Both the position numbers and the translations under genes were made by a program. The notes under the pieces were generated by a model. It ran no database searches. It saw nothing but the letters and a program-made list of their open reading frames with translations, and had not been told where the DNA came from. DNA of 35,608 bases from Cyanobacteria bacterium P01_D01_bin.156 (GTDB taxonomy: Bacteria; Cyanobacteriota; Cyanobacteriia; Phormidesmidales; Phormidesmidaceae). Position 1 is the stretch's first letter. Each line of letters starts with the position of its first letter. This document shows, piece after piece, positions 27,074 to 35,608 of this stretch. The stretch covers positions 1 through 35,608 of the forward strand of contig JBCCQQ010000063.1 in the NCBI GenBank assembly GCA_039024555.1. The letters run 5' to 3'.

Positions 27074-28087
27074 TTATCCTTTCAAGGCCGTTTTCACACG
27101 CGATCGCAACCGCTTTAGTAACTCTTTCACAAGGGGAGCTTTTGCCCCAATTGACTTGGGGTGTCCCTGGAATAACGGCCGCTGCTCAGGGAAATGCAGA
27201 TAGCGATAGTATAAAAACAAATCACGATAGGGAAAATCAAGGTTTTCACCACCGCAAAGGCGGGTAAACACCTTAGAGCTAATACCAATGTAGTGAAGAT
27301 AGGTTAACCGTTTTCCCCGATCCATCAGGTAATGTCCTTGTTGCTCAAAATGAGCTGAGGTGGCACAGCATCCCGTCCTCTTGTCTGGGGGTAAATGTTT
27401 CGCCAAGTTGAGAATATTTAATCCCAGCTTTAGCACCATATAATTCACAATGGCTTGGTCAGGACCGTTAATGTATAAAACATCTGCTTCGGTTTGAAGC
27501 TGAGTTAACAGCCACTCTAGCTGGTCATTGCTAAAGATGCCGCGCTTAGAAGCGTACATTCCCGCACAAAAGATTTTATCCAGCTGCTCATCAGAAAATA
27601 TTGTTTTCAGCTGGGGACTATGGACATTAAATACATGGGTCAGGTCCTTATATTGAAAGTCATAGACCACCCAATCGACTGCTTCTAAGGGAGCCAGTAA
27701 GGTTTCAATATTATTGAGAACCAGGGTGTCGGCATCTAAATATATATAGCGATCAAAAGGCCCATCAAAAGCACAAAAGCGACGATGCATACCCATCCGA
27801 TTAACACCGGATACCCCCCGTAAATTCCACACATCATAGGCCGTAGGATGCTGTTGCCAGATATTGGTGGCAAACTGTTCCCAACGGGTTAAGGCTACAT
27901 CATCGCTAAATAGGGTAACATTGTGGGGGCGATTTTGAATTTCTTCTGTCACTCTTTCAATTCTGTCGTCGTAGGGGATAACGCAGACTGGAAAATTAGG
28001 AGAGACGTTTGTTTCAATACTGTTGAGCAGAGCGACTAACTGGTCGTAAACAACATCGTTGGCCAGAGTATAGATGCCGCGTTTCAT
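27074..28087 (-). CDS. GT8-like sugar transferase (Npun_R2821/R2822-type family)
   Basis: RGIYTLAND, GPFDRYIYLDAD (DxD), FCAGMY, DQAIVNY, LTYLHYIG; clear paralogue of 25220..26146. Confidence 0.8.
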   Translation of the reverse strand: MKRGIYTLANDVVYDQLVALLNSIETNVSPNFPVCVIPYDDRIERVTEEIQNRPHNVTLFSDDVALTRWEQFATNIWQQHPTAYDVWNLRGVSGVNRMGMHRRFCAFDGPFDRYIYLDADTLVLNNIETLLAPLEAVDWVVYDFQYKDLTHVFNVHSPQLKTIFSDEQLDKIFCAGMYASKRGIFSNDQLEWLLTQLQTEADVLYINGPDQAIVNYMVLKLGLNILNLAKHLPPDKRTGCCATSAHFEQQGHYLMDRGKRLTYLHYIGISSKVFTRLCGGENLDFPYRDLFLYYRYLHFPEQRPLFQGHPKSIGAKAPLVKELLKRLRSRVKTALKG

Positions 28088-28162
28088 AGGACTTAAGAAG
28101 GATTAATAAAATAAATAAAGCTCTATAAATGCTTGTCAGAAAACATCATCTAAGCATCAACA

Positions 28163-30235
28163 CTAAGATGTCGACTGGACGGGACTCGGTGATGGTGGAA
28201 TACTAACCGGCTTGGCAATAGATTCAAGATTTTCCACCACCTTGAGTAAATCAACAGCAATATTTTGGGCATGGGCCATCAGCTCTGCTTGCTCGTAAGG
28301 ATCATCAACATCTTCTTGAATAAGCGCCAGCAAACCAATCATGGAATTCAGCTGCGATCGCAGCTCATAGGACGACTGACCAATAGCCTTACGATAGGTG
28401 GGCAAAATTGTTGATGCCAGACTGCTATTACCACTTTCCCGCACGCTCTTGGATAACTGCATAGCGTGGAGTCGAGCATAGGCCCCTCGTTTTTCTAATA
28501 ATTCCATATGGGTACCCACCTCCACCACCTTGCCACGGTCGAGCACCGCAATTTGATCCGCATCGTAAATAGTCGATAACCGGTGGGCAATCACCAGGGT
28601 GGTACGACCTCGACTTAAATCATCAATGGCGTTTTGCACCAAACGCTCCGACACCGTATCCAAAGCACTGGTAGCCTCATCCAAAATCAGAATATCTGGA
28701 TCCTGTAGCAGGGCACGGGCAATGGCTAAACGCTGCCGTTGTCCCCCCGATAACAACACGCCCCTATCGCCAATCATTGTGTCAAATCCTTGGGGCAGAC
28801 GCTGAATAAACTCATAGGCATTGGCTTGTTTTGCTGCTTGAATCAACTCTTCTTCCGTGGCTTCTGGACGACCATAGAGCAGATTTATACGTACCGATGC
28901 ATTGAATAAAAAAGTCTCTTGGCTAACAATTCCCAAATTTGAACGATAACTATGAAGATCAATGGTTTTAAGATCTACTCCATCTAGCTCAATGGAGCCC
29001 TCCATGGGATCATAAAAGCGGGGCAGCAAATCTACTAACGTGGATTTACCGGCTCCAGATGCCCCCACTAAGGCGAGGGTCTCTCCTTTTGGCAAAAACA
29101 AATCAATTCCGCATAGTACCTCGTTGTCATGCCCAGGGTAACTAAATCGGATCTGTCTAAAGTGAATGCCCTTTTGTAAAGAACGGTAGAGATTTGCCCC
29201 GCGGGGCATAAAAGGTTTATCGTCCCGTCGCAGTAGAGCCGTCACAATTTCTACGCTAGCAGCCGTATTGGCTAACGTACTGCGATGACTGTTGAGCTGA
29301 CCGATATACGGCAGCATGCGAAACAAAATAATTAAGTAGGTAAGCAGCGATGCTGAAAATAGTTCTAGCTGATTGCTAAAGGCAACTCGTCCTAAAACCG
29401 CAATCACCATCAAGGCCAGAATATTAATGATTTCGTTGAAAGGGCCAATACCCGCAAAAATCAGCTGGGAATTAAATTGAGCACTTTCTCGCTCAACAAT
29501 CATTTGATCTAGCACTTGATATTCTTGATCCTCATTAGCGGTCGCTTTGACCAAGCGAATCCCAGAAAGGACCTCAAAAACTCGAGATGAATAGGCTTTA
29601 GAAATCTTTGAAAGTTCTTTTCCAAGATTTTTAGAACGCTTAACAACGATCTGATTGAGTAACGTAACTGACCCTAATGCGGTCAATGAAATAACTGTTA
29701 ACTGCCATGAGGTAAGAACTAGGAACACCACAAAGACTGCAATGGTGATCAGCACAATGACAATGCGTGTCAGATTACGAATGGCAATGGTGGTGCGGTT
29801 AACCTCCACATTGAGCTGATTGATCAAATCCCCAATTTTAGTCTGGGCAAAGTATCCCAGATCCACATCTAGCAGTAGTCGTAGACCCTGACGACGCAAC
29901 GACATTGCCAGTTTACGATTAAGGGTCCCCGCTGTTAAAGCACTGGCATAGCTCGACAGGCTTTTGAGAATAATCACCACTACCACTGCAGTCGCCATAA
30001 CGTGAAGACGCGCCCCCTCTGGCAGTCCATCAAAAAGACTCGTGAATTTCTGCAAAATAGGTGGCAGCGAGCTGCTGTAGTTCGCACCCTGCCCCAATAA
30101 CTCCAACAAAATCGGCAGAATTAATAGAGTACTCACACCGTTAAATAGCGCTCCTGAAAACCCCAGCAAAACCGTAAGCGATAAAAGAACCGGATATTTT
30201 AGTAGTGACTGAACGAGTAAACGGGTGGAAGACAT
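28163..30235 (-). CDS. ABC exporter (MsbA/HepA/PglK-like TMD+NBD) with C-terminal HisKA-like extension
   Basis: Multi-TM N-terminus; Walker A GASGAGKS, signature LSGGQRQR, Walker B ILILDE, IAHRL. Extra ~95 aa tail contains SYELRSQLNSMIG. Confidence 0.93.
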   Translation of the reverse strand: MSSTRLLVQSLLKYPVLLSLTVLLGFSGALFNGVSTLLILPILLELLGQGANYSSSLPPILQKFTSLFDGLPEGARLHVMATAVVVVIILKSLSSYASALTAGTLNRKLAMSLRRQGLRLLLDVDLGYFAQTKIGDLINQLNVEVNRTTIAIRNLTRIVIVLITIAVFVVFLVLTSWQLTVISLTALGSVTLLNQIVVKRSKNLGKELSKISKAYSSRVFEVLSGIRLVKATANEDQEYQVLDQMIVERESAQFNSQLIFAGIGPFNEIINILALMVIAVLGRVAFSNQLELFSASLLTYLIILFRMLPYIGQLNSHRSTLANTAASVEIVTALLRRDDKPFMPRGANLYRSLQKGIHFRQIRFSYPGHDNEVLCGIDLFLPKGETLALVGASGAGKSTLVDLLPRFYDPMEGSIELDGVDLKTIDLHSYRSNLGIVSQETFLFNASVRINLLYGRPEATEEELIQAAKQANAYEFIQRLPQGFDTMIGDRGVLLSGGQRQRLAIARALLQDPDILILDEATSALDTVSERLVQNAIDDLSRGRTTLVIAHRLSTIYDADQIAVLDRGKVVEVGTHMELLEKRGAYARLHAMQLSKSVRESGNSSLASTILPTYRKAIGQSSYELRSQLNSMIGLLALIQEDVDDPYEQAELMAHAQNIAVDLLKVVENLESIAKPVSIPPSPSPVQSTS

Positions 30236-30324
30236 ATTGTATGAAGCAGGTGGAGCTTATAGAGGCAATCAATGAACAAGCAGCTACGGCAAATGGAGCA
30301 CGTTTTCTTGGCAAAGGCTTTTAA

Positions 30325-31566
30325 TTAAAGATGTTCCCCTCTTTTACTGATGAATTTTCTAGGGCTAAGGGATTTGTTGAGTGACTGTTGTAAACACTGG
30401 TGAATCAGTGGCTCTAATCTTTTTGCCATAGCATCAACGCTATAGTGAGCTATGCACCGCTGCCTTGCCAGCTGCCCACGCTTTTCTGCTTGATCTAGAT
30501 CCCTAAAGATGGTTTGCAACATGTCAGCCAGTTGCTGTGGAGCATGGGGAGCTATCAGGTAGCCTGCATCCCCCAGAATTTTTGGGATATCACCTACCCG
30601 AGTAGACAAAACTGGCTTCGCCATAGCCATGCCATCCGTTAGTTTGATAGGAAACTGAGCCCGAGCAGTTGACGTATCCCGCTGGGGTACAACCACGACA
30701 TGCGCTGCAGCTACCACTTCGGCCATCTCCTCCAGGGGAAATCGGGGTAGCTTGATTAACCATTGAGGCCAACGAGCCATGAGCTCATCCTCATAGCCAT
30801 CAGGTTTACGACCACCAACAATAACTAAACGTAAGTCCGGTTGATTTAGCCGGTCCAAGGCTATCAATACATCCTCTAACCCCTTGTGAGGTCTAGCGGT
30901 CCCTGGAAACATCAGCACCCGATAATTCGATAGTCCATACTTTTGGCGACTGGCCACTGGGTCAAACCGAACTGGGTCAAAAATGCGAGTGTCTTTACTA
31001 TTGGGCAAATAATGACCACCAAATTTTTGCTGCAAAAACTGATTGTTAACGGTGACCATATCGGCTTTGGGGACCCAGTGCTCACCTAGCGAAATATAGT
31101 AATGGTGATCAATATCTCGTAAATCTCCGTCTGTTCTCAAAAAGTCTCGAATAAATTCCTTGGGGGATGGTCGGTAGTCGTAGCTATCACCACCGAACCA
31201 GCTCAGTTCCCAATCGTCGATATCCAGAAAAACAGGACAGCGAGCATATAGCTTTTTAAGGAGGGCTATGCCCAAGCTAGTGGGCCGAGGTTTAATGGCG
31301 TAGATTAAATCACCTTGTATGCGATTGAGTAGCTGAGTAGCAGTACTCACAAAACCAGGTAATTTTTTCCCAGGTACTGGAATTACCGGCAGGTTTTCGG
31401 GCGGAGGCGGATAAATTTCTTCTCCAAACTGACATCCCACAACTTCTACCCTGTAGCCCAACCGCTGCAAAATCTGACTAACCAGATAGACGCGGGTCAT
31501 ACCACCGCCAGAAACATCTGGAGCAATGACCGACACCTTGAGCGCTGAAGCCTTGGATGAGTTCAC
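30325..31566 (-). CDS. GT4 (GT-B fold) glycosyltransferase
   Basis: GGGMTR, FPGTARPHKGLE, FPIKL.DGMAMAKPVLSTRVGDIP; GTG start with GGAGG upstream. Confidence 0.92.
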   Translation of the reverse strand: MNSSKASALKVSVIAPDVSGGGMTRVYLVSQILQRLGYRVEVVGCQFGEEIYPPPPENLPVIPVPGKKLPGFVSTATQLLNRIQGDLIYAIKPRPTSLGIALLKKLYARCPVFLDIDDWELSWFGGDSYDYRPSPKEFIRDFLRTDGDLRDIDHHYYISLGEHWVPKADMVTVNNQFLQQKFGGHYLPNSKDTRIFDPVRFDPVASRQKYGLSNYRVLMFPGTARPHKGLEDVLIALDRLNQPDLRLVIVGGRKPDGYEDELMARWPQWLIKLPRFPLEEMAEVVAAAHVVVVPQRDTSTARAQFPIKLTDGMAMAKPVLSTRVGDIPKILGDAGYLIAPHAPQQLADMLQTIFRDLDQAEKRGQLARQRCIAHYSVDAMAKRLEPLIHQCLQQSLNKSLSPRKFISKRGEHL

Positions 31567-31891
31567 CGTTGTTTTCTATATCCTCCAATAATTACGCAAA
31601 ACCCGTTGCTCCTATTCAGACGGCTTTAACTGCTAACAGCCCATGACACGAAGCCAGTTCCCAGATGTGCATCGGCCTAAAGGCAGGATCTTTCTAAGAT
31701 GGTTTATGGGTTAAAAGCATAAGCTCAGGCAGCTCTGCTTAACGCTTGATGCAGCAAAATAGTGAGCTCAACCATTCCATCAAGTTTTCCCGATTAACTT
31801 GCATCCTATCTCAGGCAATGACCTCAGCTTGATGTAGTAATTTCGTCTTTGTTTAAGATTTACACTATTTAGTCTGGTTGAATGTGTGTTG

Positions 31892-32797
31892 CTAATCGTT
31901 GGTAGATGGTGCTGTCTCGGATGCGAATGGTGGCAATTCCAGAACTAGGTTACCCAAATTACCTTTGCGAAAGTCGTTTAAAAGTTGATGGGCAGCACGT
32001 TCTGAATCATTATTGTGGCGCTGTGCCAGGATAGCTAGCACACTTTCTCCGGTGTACGTTTCCCCGGAATCTGACGTAAGCGATAGGTCGTAGCGGGTGG
32101 CGAGTTGATCGGTTGGCGCGATCGCATCACCAGACTGAGCCAAGGCCAACAGCAAATCCACAAATGAGGCTGCCACCCGTTGCGTATCGTAGGCCGCATT
32201 ACCAATGTCATCACAGATTGCCAGCTTTAGCGCTGCCGCCTGATCGTTCAGTTTTAATGGAATAATACCTGGTGCATCTAATAGTTCAATCTCATTAGAA
32301 ATCCTTACCCACCGCAGCTGACGAGTTACCCCAGCTCGTCTTTCACTGACCACCACCTTGCGCTTCAGCAATCGATTAATTAACGCTGATTTACCCACAT
32401 TTGGAAAACCAATCACCACGGCTCGTACCGGACGTGGCTTCATTCCTCGACTTTTACGGCGGTTATTCATCGCCTTGCCTGCATCCTGGGCTGCCCGCAG
32501 TAAATTTTGCACCCCTTTACCCTGCTTCGCATTGGTAAAGTAAGCCGCCTGTCCTTGGGCCTTAAACCAAGTTTGCCAAGCTTGCCGCGCTTCCGGGGAA
32601 ATCATATCCACCCGGTTCAAGACTAAAACCCTAGCCTTTTCACCAATCCAACCATCCACCTCAGGATGGTGAGTTGCCAACGGAATCCGTGCATCCCGCA
32701 CTTCTAGGACCACATCCACCCGCTTCAGCTGCTCCTTTAAAGAACGCTCCGCCTTGGCAATATGGCCGGGATACCACTGAATAGAGGGCGAAGACAT
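31892..32797 (-). CDS. rbgA: Ribosome biogenesis GTPase YlqF/RbgA
   Basis: IQWYPGH, EVRDARIP, NRVD, GFPNVGKS, GVTR, LLDAPG. ATG 32797; the ORF-track extension to 32911 is translated repeat. Confidence 0.95.
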   Translation of the reverse strand: MSSPSIQWYPGHIAKAERSLKEQLKRVDVVLEVRDARIPLATHHPEVDGWIGEKARVLVLNRVDMISPEARQAWQTWFKAQGQAAYFTNAKQGKGVQNLLRAAQDAGKAMNNRRKSRGMKPRPVRAVVIGFPNVGKSALINRLLKRKVVVSERRAGVTRQLRWVRISNEIELLDAPGIIPLKLNDQAAALKLAICDDIGNAAYDTQRVAASFVDLLLALAQSGDAIAPTDQLATRYDLSLTSDSGETYTGESVLAILAQRHNNDSERAAHQLLNDFRKGNLGNLVLELPPFASETAPSTND

Positions 32798-32840
32798 AGG
32801 GAAGCAAGGGATAGGTCGGCAACCTATTCTAGCGGTCTGC

Positions 32841-32875
32841 GGGGAATGGGGAATGGGGAATGGGGAATGGGGATT
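32841..32875. repeat. STRR-type heptamer tandem repeat (GGGGAAT)x4 + GGGGATT
   Basis: Read directly; similar to cyanobacterial STRR1 CCCCA(A/G)T on the other strand. Confidence 0.92.
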
Positions 32876-32914
32876 GAACTTAGAATTTTCTGATTTTTTT
32901 TCTGATTCCACCCC

Positions 32915-32962
32915 CTACTCCCTAGCGCAGCGAACTCACTACTCCCTAGCGCAGCGGACTCA
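32915..32962. repeat. 24-bp tandem duplication
   Basis: CTACTCCCTAGCGCAGCG(A/G)ACTCA x2, one mismatch. Confidence 0.9.
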
Positions 32963-32969
32963 CCTCCCC

Positions 32970-33368
32970 CTACGGCACCACCATCACCGGACAAGGTGCC
33001 AAGTTAATTACTCGATTGCTAACACTTTCTGACTGACCTTCTGGCGTTAGGCCAATGCCCCGACAGCCCATGACAATCAAATCCGCAGCCATCTCATCCG
33101 CCACATCACAGATTACAAATGCAGGATTACCCTCACGCTCAATGGCTTCCGTATCAATACCTTGATTGGTAAAAACCATCTTCGCCTTTTCCAATAGCTG
33201 CGCCACTGCCTCCGGTGAGGTTTGCTGAGGATGAGCATTGTTGGATGGTTCAACGACCGATAGCAAAATCAAATGACTCTGATGGTATTTCACTAATTCA
33301 GCCGCTTTAAATGCCGCCTGTTGCGCTTCTTGACTGGCATCTATCGAAAAGAGAACGTTCTTAAACAT
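32970..33368 (-). CDS. Universal stress protein (UspA family)
   Basis: MFKNVLFSID.S, GNPAFVICDVA, ADLIVMGCRG, SVSNRVINLAPCPVMVV. Confidence 0.95.
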   Translation of the reverse strand: MFKNVLFSIDASQEAQQAAFKAAELVKYHQSHLILLSVVEPSNNAHPQQTSPEAVAQLLEKAKMVFTNQGIDTEAIEREGNPAFVICDVADEMAADLIVMGCRGIGLTPEGQSESVSNRVINLAPCPVMVVP

Positions 33369-33545
33369 GGTGTGGGAAAACCCTAGACTTCGATCAAAAA
33401 TCCGAGCCGCGATAAGCGATAATACCTATTGAGTAAAGAAAATGTATCAACGCTTTACAACTAGGGTAATCAAGCTTGTCCTAGCTTTGAAGTGGGGCGT
33501 ACGTAACGTTACAAAACTGCATTAGGAGATAAGGAGGATAGTTCT

Positions 33546-34751
33546 GTGGCTAAGAAATCCGTAACTGATTTGTCCGCGGCTGATCTGTCAGGCAAGCGCG
33601 TGCTGATGCGGGCAGACTTCAATGTGCCCCTTGACGACCAGGGAAAAATCACTGACGACACTCGGATTCGGGCCGCTCTGCCTACCATCCAAGCATTGAC
33701 TAGCAAGGGCGCTAAGGTTATCCTTTGCAGCCACTTCGGTCGTCCAAAGGGCAAGGTTGTTGACGCCATGCGTTTGACTCCCGTTGCCGTACGCCTATCT
33801 GAACTATTAGGCCAGAACGTAATCAAATGTGACGACTGCATCGGCGATGACGTTAAAGCTGCTGTAGACGGCATGACTGATGGTCAAGTTGCGCTGCTAG
33901 AGAACGTACGTTTCTACGACGGCGAAACTAGCAACGATCCTGAGTTCGCTAAGAACTTAGCTTCTGTCGCTGAAATCTATGTCAACGATGCCTTTGGTAC
34001 TGCCCACCGCGCCCACGCATCCACTGCTGGCGTAACTGAGTACCTCAGCCCCTCCGTTAGCGGCCTGCTAATCGAGAAAGAACTTCAGTATCTACAAAGC
34101 GCCGTTGACAGCCCCCAGCGTCCTTTTGCTGCGATTGTTGGTGGCTCCAAGGTTTCCTCCAAGATTGGCGTTATCGAGACTTTACTTGAGAAAGTCGACA
34201 AGCTGTTCATCGGCGGCGGCATGATCTTTACTTTCTACAAGGCTCGCGGTCTTGCTGTAGGTAAGTCTCTGGTTGAGGAAGACAAGCTAGAGCTAGCTAA
34301 GGCACTAGAAGTTAAGGCCAAAGAGAAGGGTGTTGAGCTGTTGCTCCCCACTGATGTTGTTGTTGCCGACAACTTTGCTCCCGATGCCAATGCTCAGACT
34401 GTTAGCGTTGAAGCTATCCCTGATGGTTGGATGGGTTTAGATATTGGTCCTGACTCCATCAAGGTATTCCAGGCAGCTCTTGCTGATTGTAAGGGTGTTA
34501 TCTGGAATGGCCCCATGGGTGTATTTGAATTTGAAAAATTTGCTGCCGGTACCGAAGCTGTGGCTAACACCCTGGCTGATATTACTTCAACAGGCTGCAT
34601 GTCCATCATCGGTGGTGGTGACTCTGTTGCCGCTGTTGAGAAGGTGGGCGTTGCTGAGAAGATGAGCCACATTTCTACTGGTGGTGGTGCTAGCCTTGAG
34701 CTGCTAGAAGGTAAGACACTTCCTGGTATTGCTGCTCTAGATGACAAGTAG
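33546..34751 (+). CDS. pgk: Phosphoglycerate kinase
   Basis: [68 protein letters not shown]. Confidence 0.99.
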   Translation: MAKKSVTDLSAADLSGKRVLMRADFNVPLDDQGKITDDTRIRAALPTIQALTSKGAKVILCSHFGRPKGKVVDAMRLTPVAVRLSELLGQNVIKCDDCIGDDVKAAVDGMTDGQVALLENVRFYDGETSNDPEFAKNLASVAEIYVNDAFGTAHRAHASTAGVTEYLSPSVSGLLIEKELQYLQSAVDSPQRPFAAIVGGSKVSSKIGVIETLLEKVDKLFIGGGMIFTFYKARGLAVGKSLVEEDKLELAKALEVKAKEKGVELLLPTDVVVADNFAPDANAQTVSVEAIPDGWMGLDIGPDSIKVFQAALADCKGVIWNGPMGVFEFEKFAAGTEAVANTLADITSTGCMSIIGGGDSVAAVEKVGVAEKMSHISTGGGASLELLEGKTLPGIAALDDK

Positions 34752-34795
34752 ACCTCATCCTAAACCCTTCTCCTTTTGGGGAGAAGGACCTTGAT

Positions 34796-34831
34796 AAAAG
34801 TCCCTGCCTTCGGGTAGGGACTTTTTATTTT
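34796..34831 (+). terminator. Rho-independent terminator of pgk
   Basis: AAAAGTCCCTGCC-TTCG-GGTAGGGACTTTTTATTTT with a cUUCGg loop; preceded by a second hairpin CCTTCTCC/GGAGAAGG (34766-34787). Confidence 0.88.
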
Positions 34832-34876
34832 GAGCTAACCTATGGGTAGGTCGTGTTTATTAGGCAGAGCAAACCT

Positions 34877-35473
34877 ATGGGTATCTTGGAAGTCGCTTCA
34901 TTTAATCACCCAATAGATATAGAGTTGCCTACCATGGCGACTGAGCAAGATTTTATTGATTTCTGTCTTGCTAATCGTGAGCTCCGCATCGAACGTACTG
35001 CCCAGGGAAAAATCATTGTGACTCCACCCGCTTTTTCAGATACAGGTGCTTCGAATTTTAAGCTGGCTGTAGAGGTGGGTAAATGGGTCGATAAAGATGG
35101 CACTGGAATCGGGTTTGATTCCTCCAGTGGTTTTACACTCCCTAATGGGGCCACACGTTCTCCTGATATTGCATGGATTCGGTTAGAACGATGGAATGCC
35201 CTAACGTCGGAACAACAAAAGTCTTTTGCGCCTATTTGTCCAGATTTTGTTATCGAGCTAAGGTCGGCCAGCGATACGTTGAAAAGTCTGCAAGAAAAAA
35301 TGCAGGAGTATTTAGATAATGGTCTACGCCTAGGCTTTTTGATTGACCGTAACAACAAAACCGTTTACATCTATCGCCCAGACCAACCTGTTGAGGCCTT
35401 GGAAACCTCTGATGTAGTTAAAGCAGATCCAGAATTACCAGGATTATCCTTAATGATAACAAAAATCTGGTGA
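34877..35473 (+). CDS. Uma2 family (DUF820) PD-(D/E)xK endonuclease-like protein
   Basis: FDSSSGF.LPNGATRSPD.AWI, PICPDFVIELRS, KMQEYLDNG.RLG.LID. Start 34877, or 34853/34933. Confidence 0.93.
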   Translation: MGILEVASFNHPIDIELPTMATEQDFIDFCLANRELRIERTAQGKIIVTPPAFSDTGASNFKLAVEVGKWVDKDGTGIGFDSSSGFTLPNGATRSPDIAWIRLERWNALTSEQQKSFAPICPDFVIELRSASDTLKSLQEKMQEYLDNGLRLGFLIDRNNKTVYIYRPDQPVEALETSDVVKADPELPGLSLMITKIW

Positions 35474-35608
35474 TGTACATATAGCCATCCGTCTTGATTC
35501 TTGAGGGTAGATCGGTATGATCTGAGAATCTATATCTATCAGCGCATCGCCTGTCGCTTATCGTTATGAGTTCGGAGACTTCATCAGCCCCTAAAACTGC
35601 CGCTATCG

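Larger units (their letters stand above)
1940..32125. repeat. Dispersed HIP1 octamers GCGATCGC
   Basis: Seen at 1940, 4218, 4343, 8789, 10039, 14537, 15023, 22860, 26091, 27100, 28354 and 32118 (counted by eye, possibly incomplete). Chance expectation for an 8-mer in 35.6 kb is below one. Confidence 0.92.

Noticed and set aside
32798..32911. N-terminal extension of RbgA (FNPHSPFPIPHSP)
   Set aside because: It is the translated STRR repeat; the conserved IQWYPGH begins just after ATG 32797.
33509..35358. Antisense and alternate-frame ORFs over pgk and uma2, and similar short ORFs elsewhere in the track
   Set aside because: Nested on well-supported genes and typical of codon-bias shadows; no independent evidence.
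34877..35473. Uma2 as a defence system or mobile element
   Set aside because: Uma2 genes are highly multicopy in cyanobacteria, and no partner methylase or mobility gene is visible.

Overview
Chromosomal window from a cyanobacterium. Evidence: at least 12 HIP1 octamers (GCGATCGC), a type A rnpB, CCB, LalA-like and Uma2 genes, and STRR heptamer repeats; a Leptolyngbya-like filamentous lineage is an impression only. The first ~7.8 kb looks accessory and redox/stress-related: an AT-rich orphan ORF, a receiver-domain/thioredoxin-reductase-like fusion, a PhyH dioxygenase plus methyltransferase, a TetR-GST-PNPOx unit with a doubled operator, a Rof/YaeO homologue, a ZIP transporter and a STAS protein. 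The middle is mostly core genes: rnpB-rnc-Gfo/Idh/MocA, an orphan sensor kinase, RibD_C-GNAT-DUF4346, a GT2, two NYN proteins, YciI, CCB, dacB, lptC, exbB and an amidase. A six-gene minus-strand glycan locus follows (GT4, ABC exporter, two GT8-like paralogues flanking a sulfotransferase, GT-A), then rbgA, usp, pgk and uma2. The most notable observations are: (i) the glycan ABC exporter ends in a histidine-kinase DHp-like domain with His replaced by Tyr, which resembles the DHp of the orphan kinase in this window; (ii) a Rho-inhibitor (Rof) homologue in a phylum generally lacking Rho; (iii) a 16-bp mRNA stem abutting the AUG of an NYN ribonuclease gene; (iv) a perfect 50-bp loopless palindrome upstream of rnpB. 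All family assignments come from motif recognition by eye; no searches were run.
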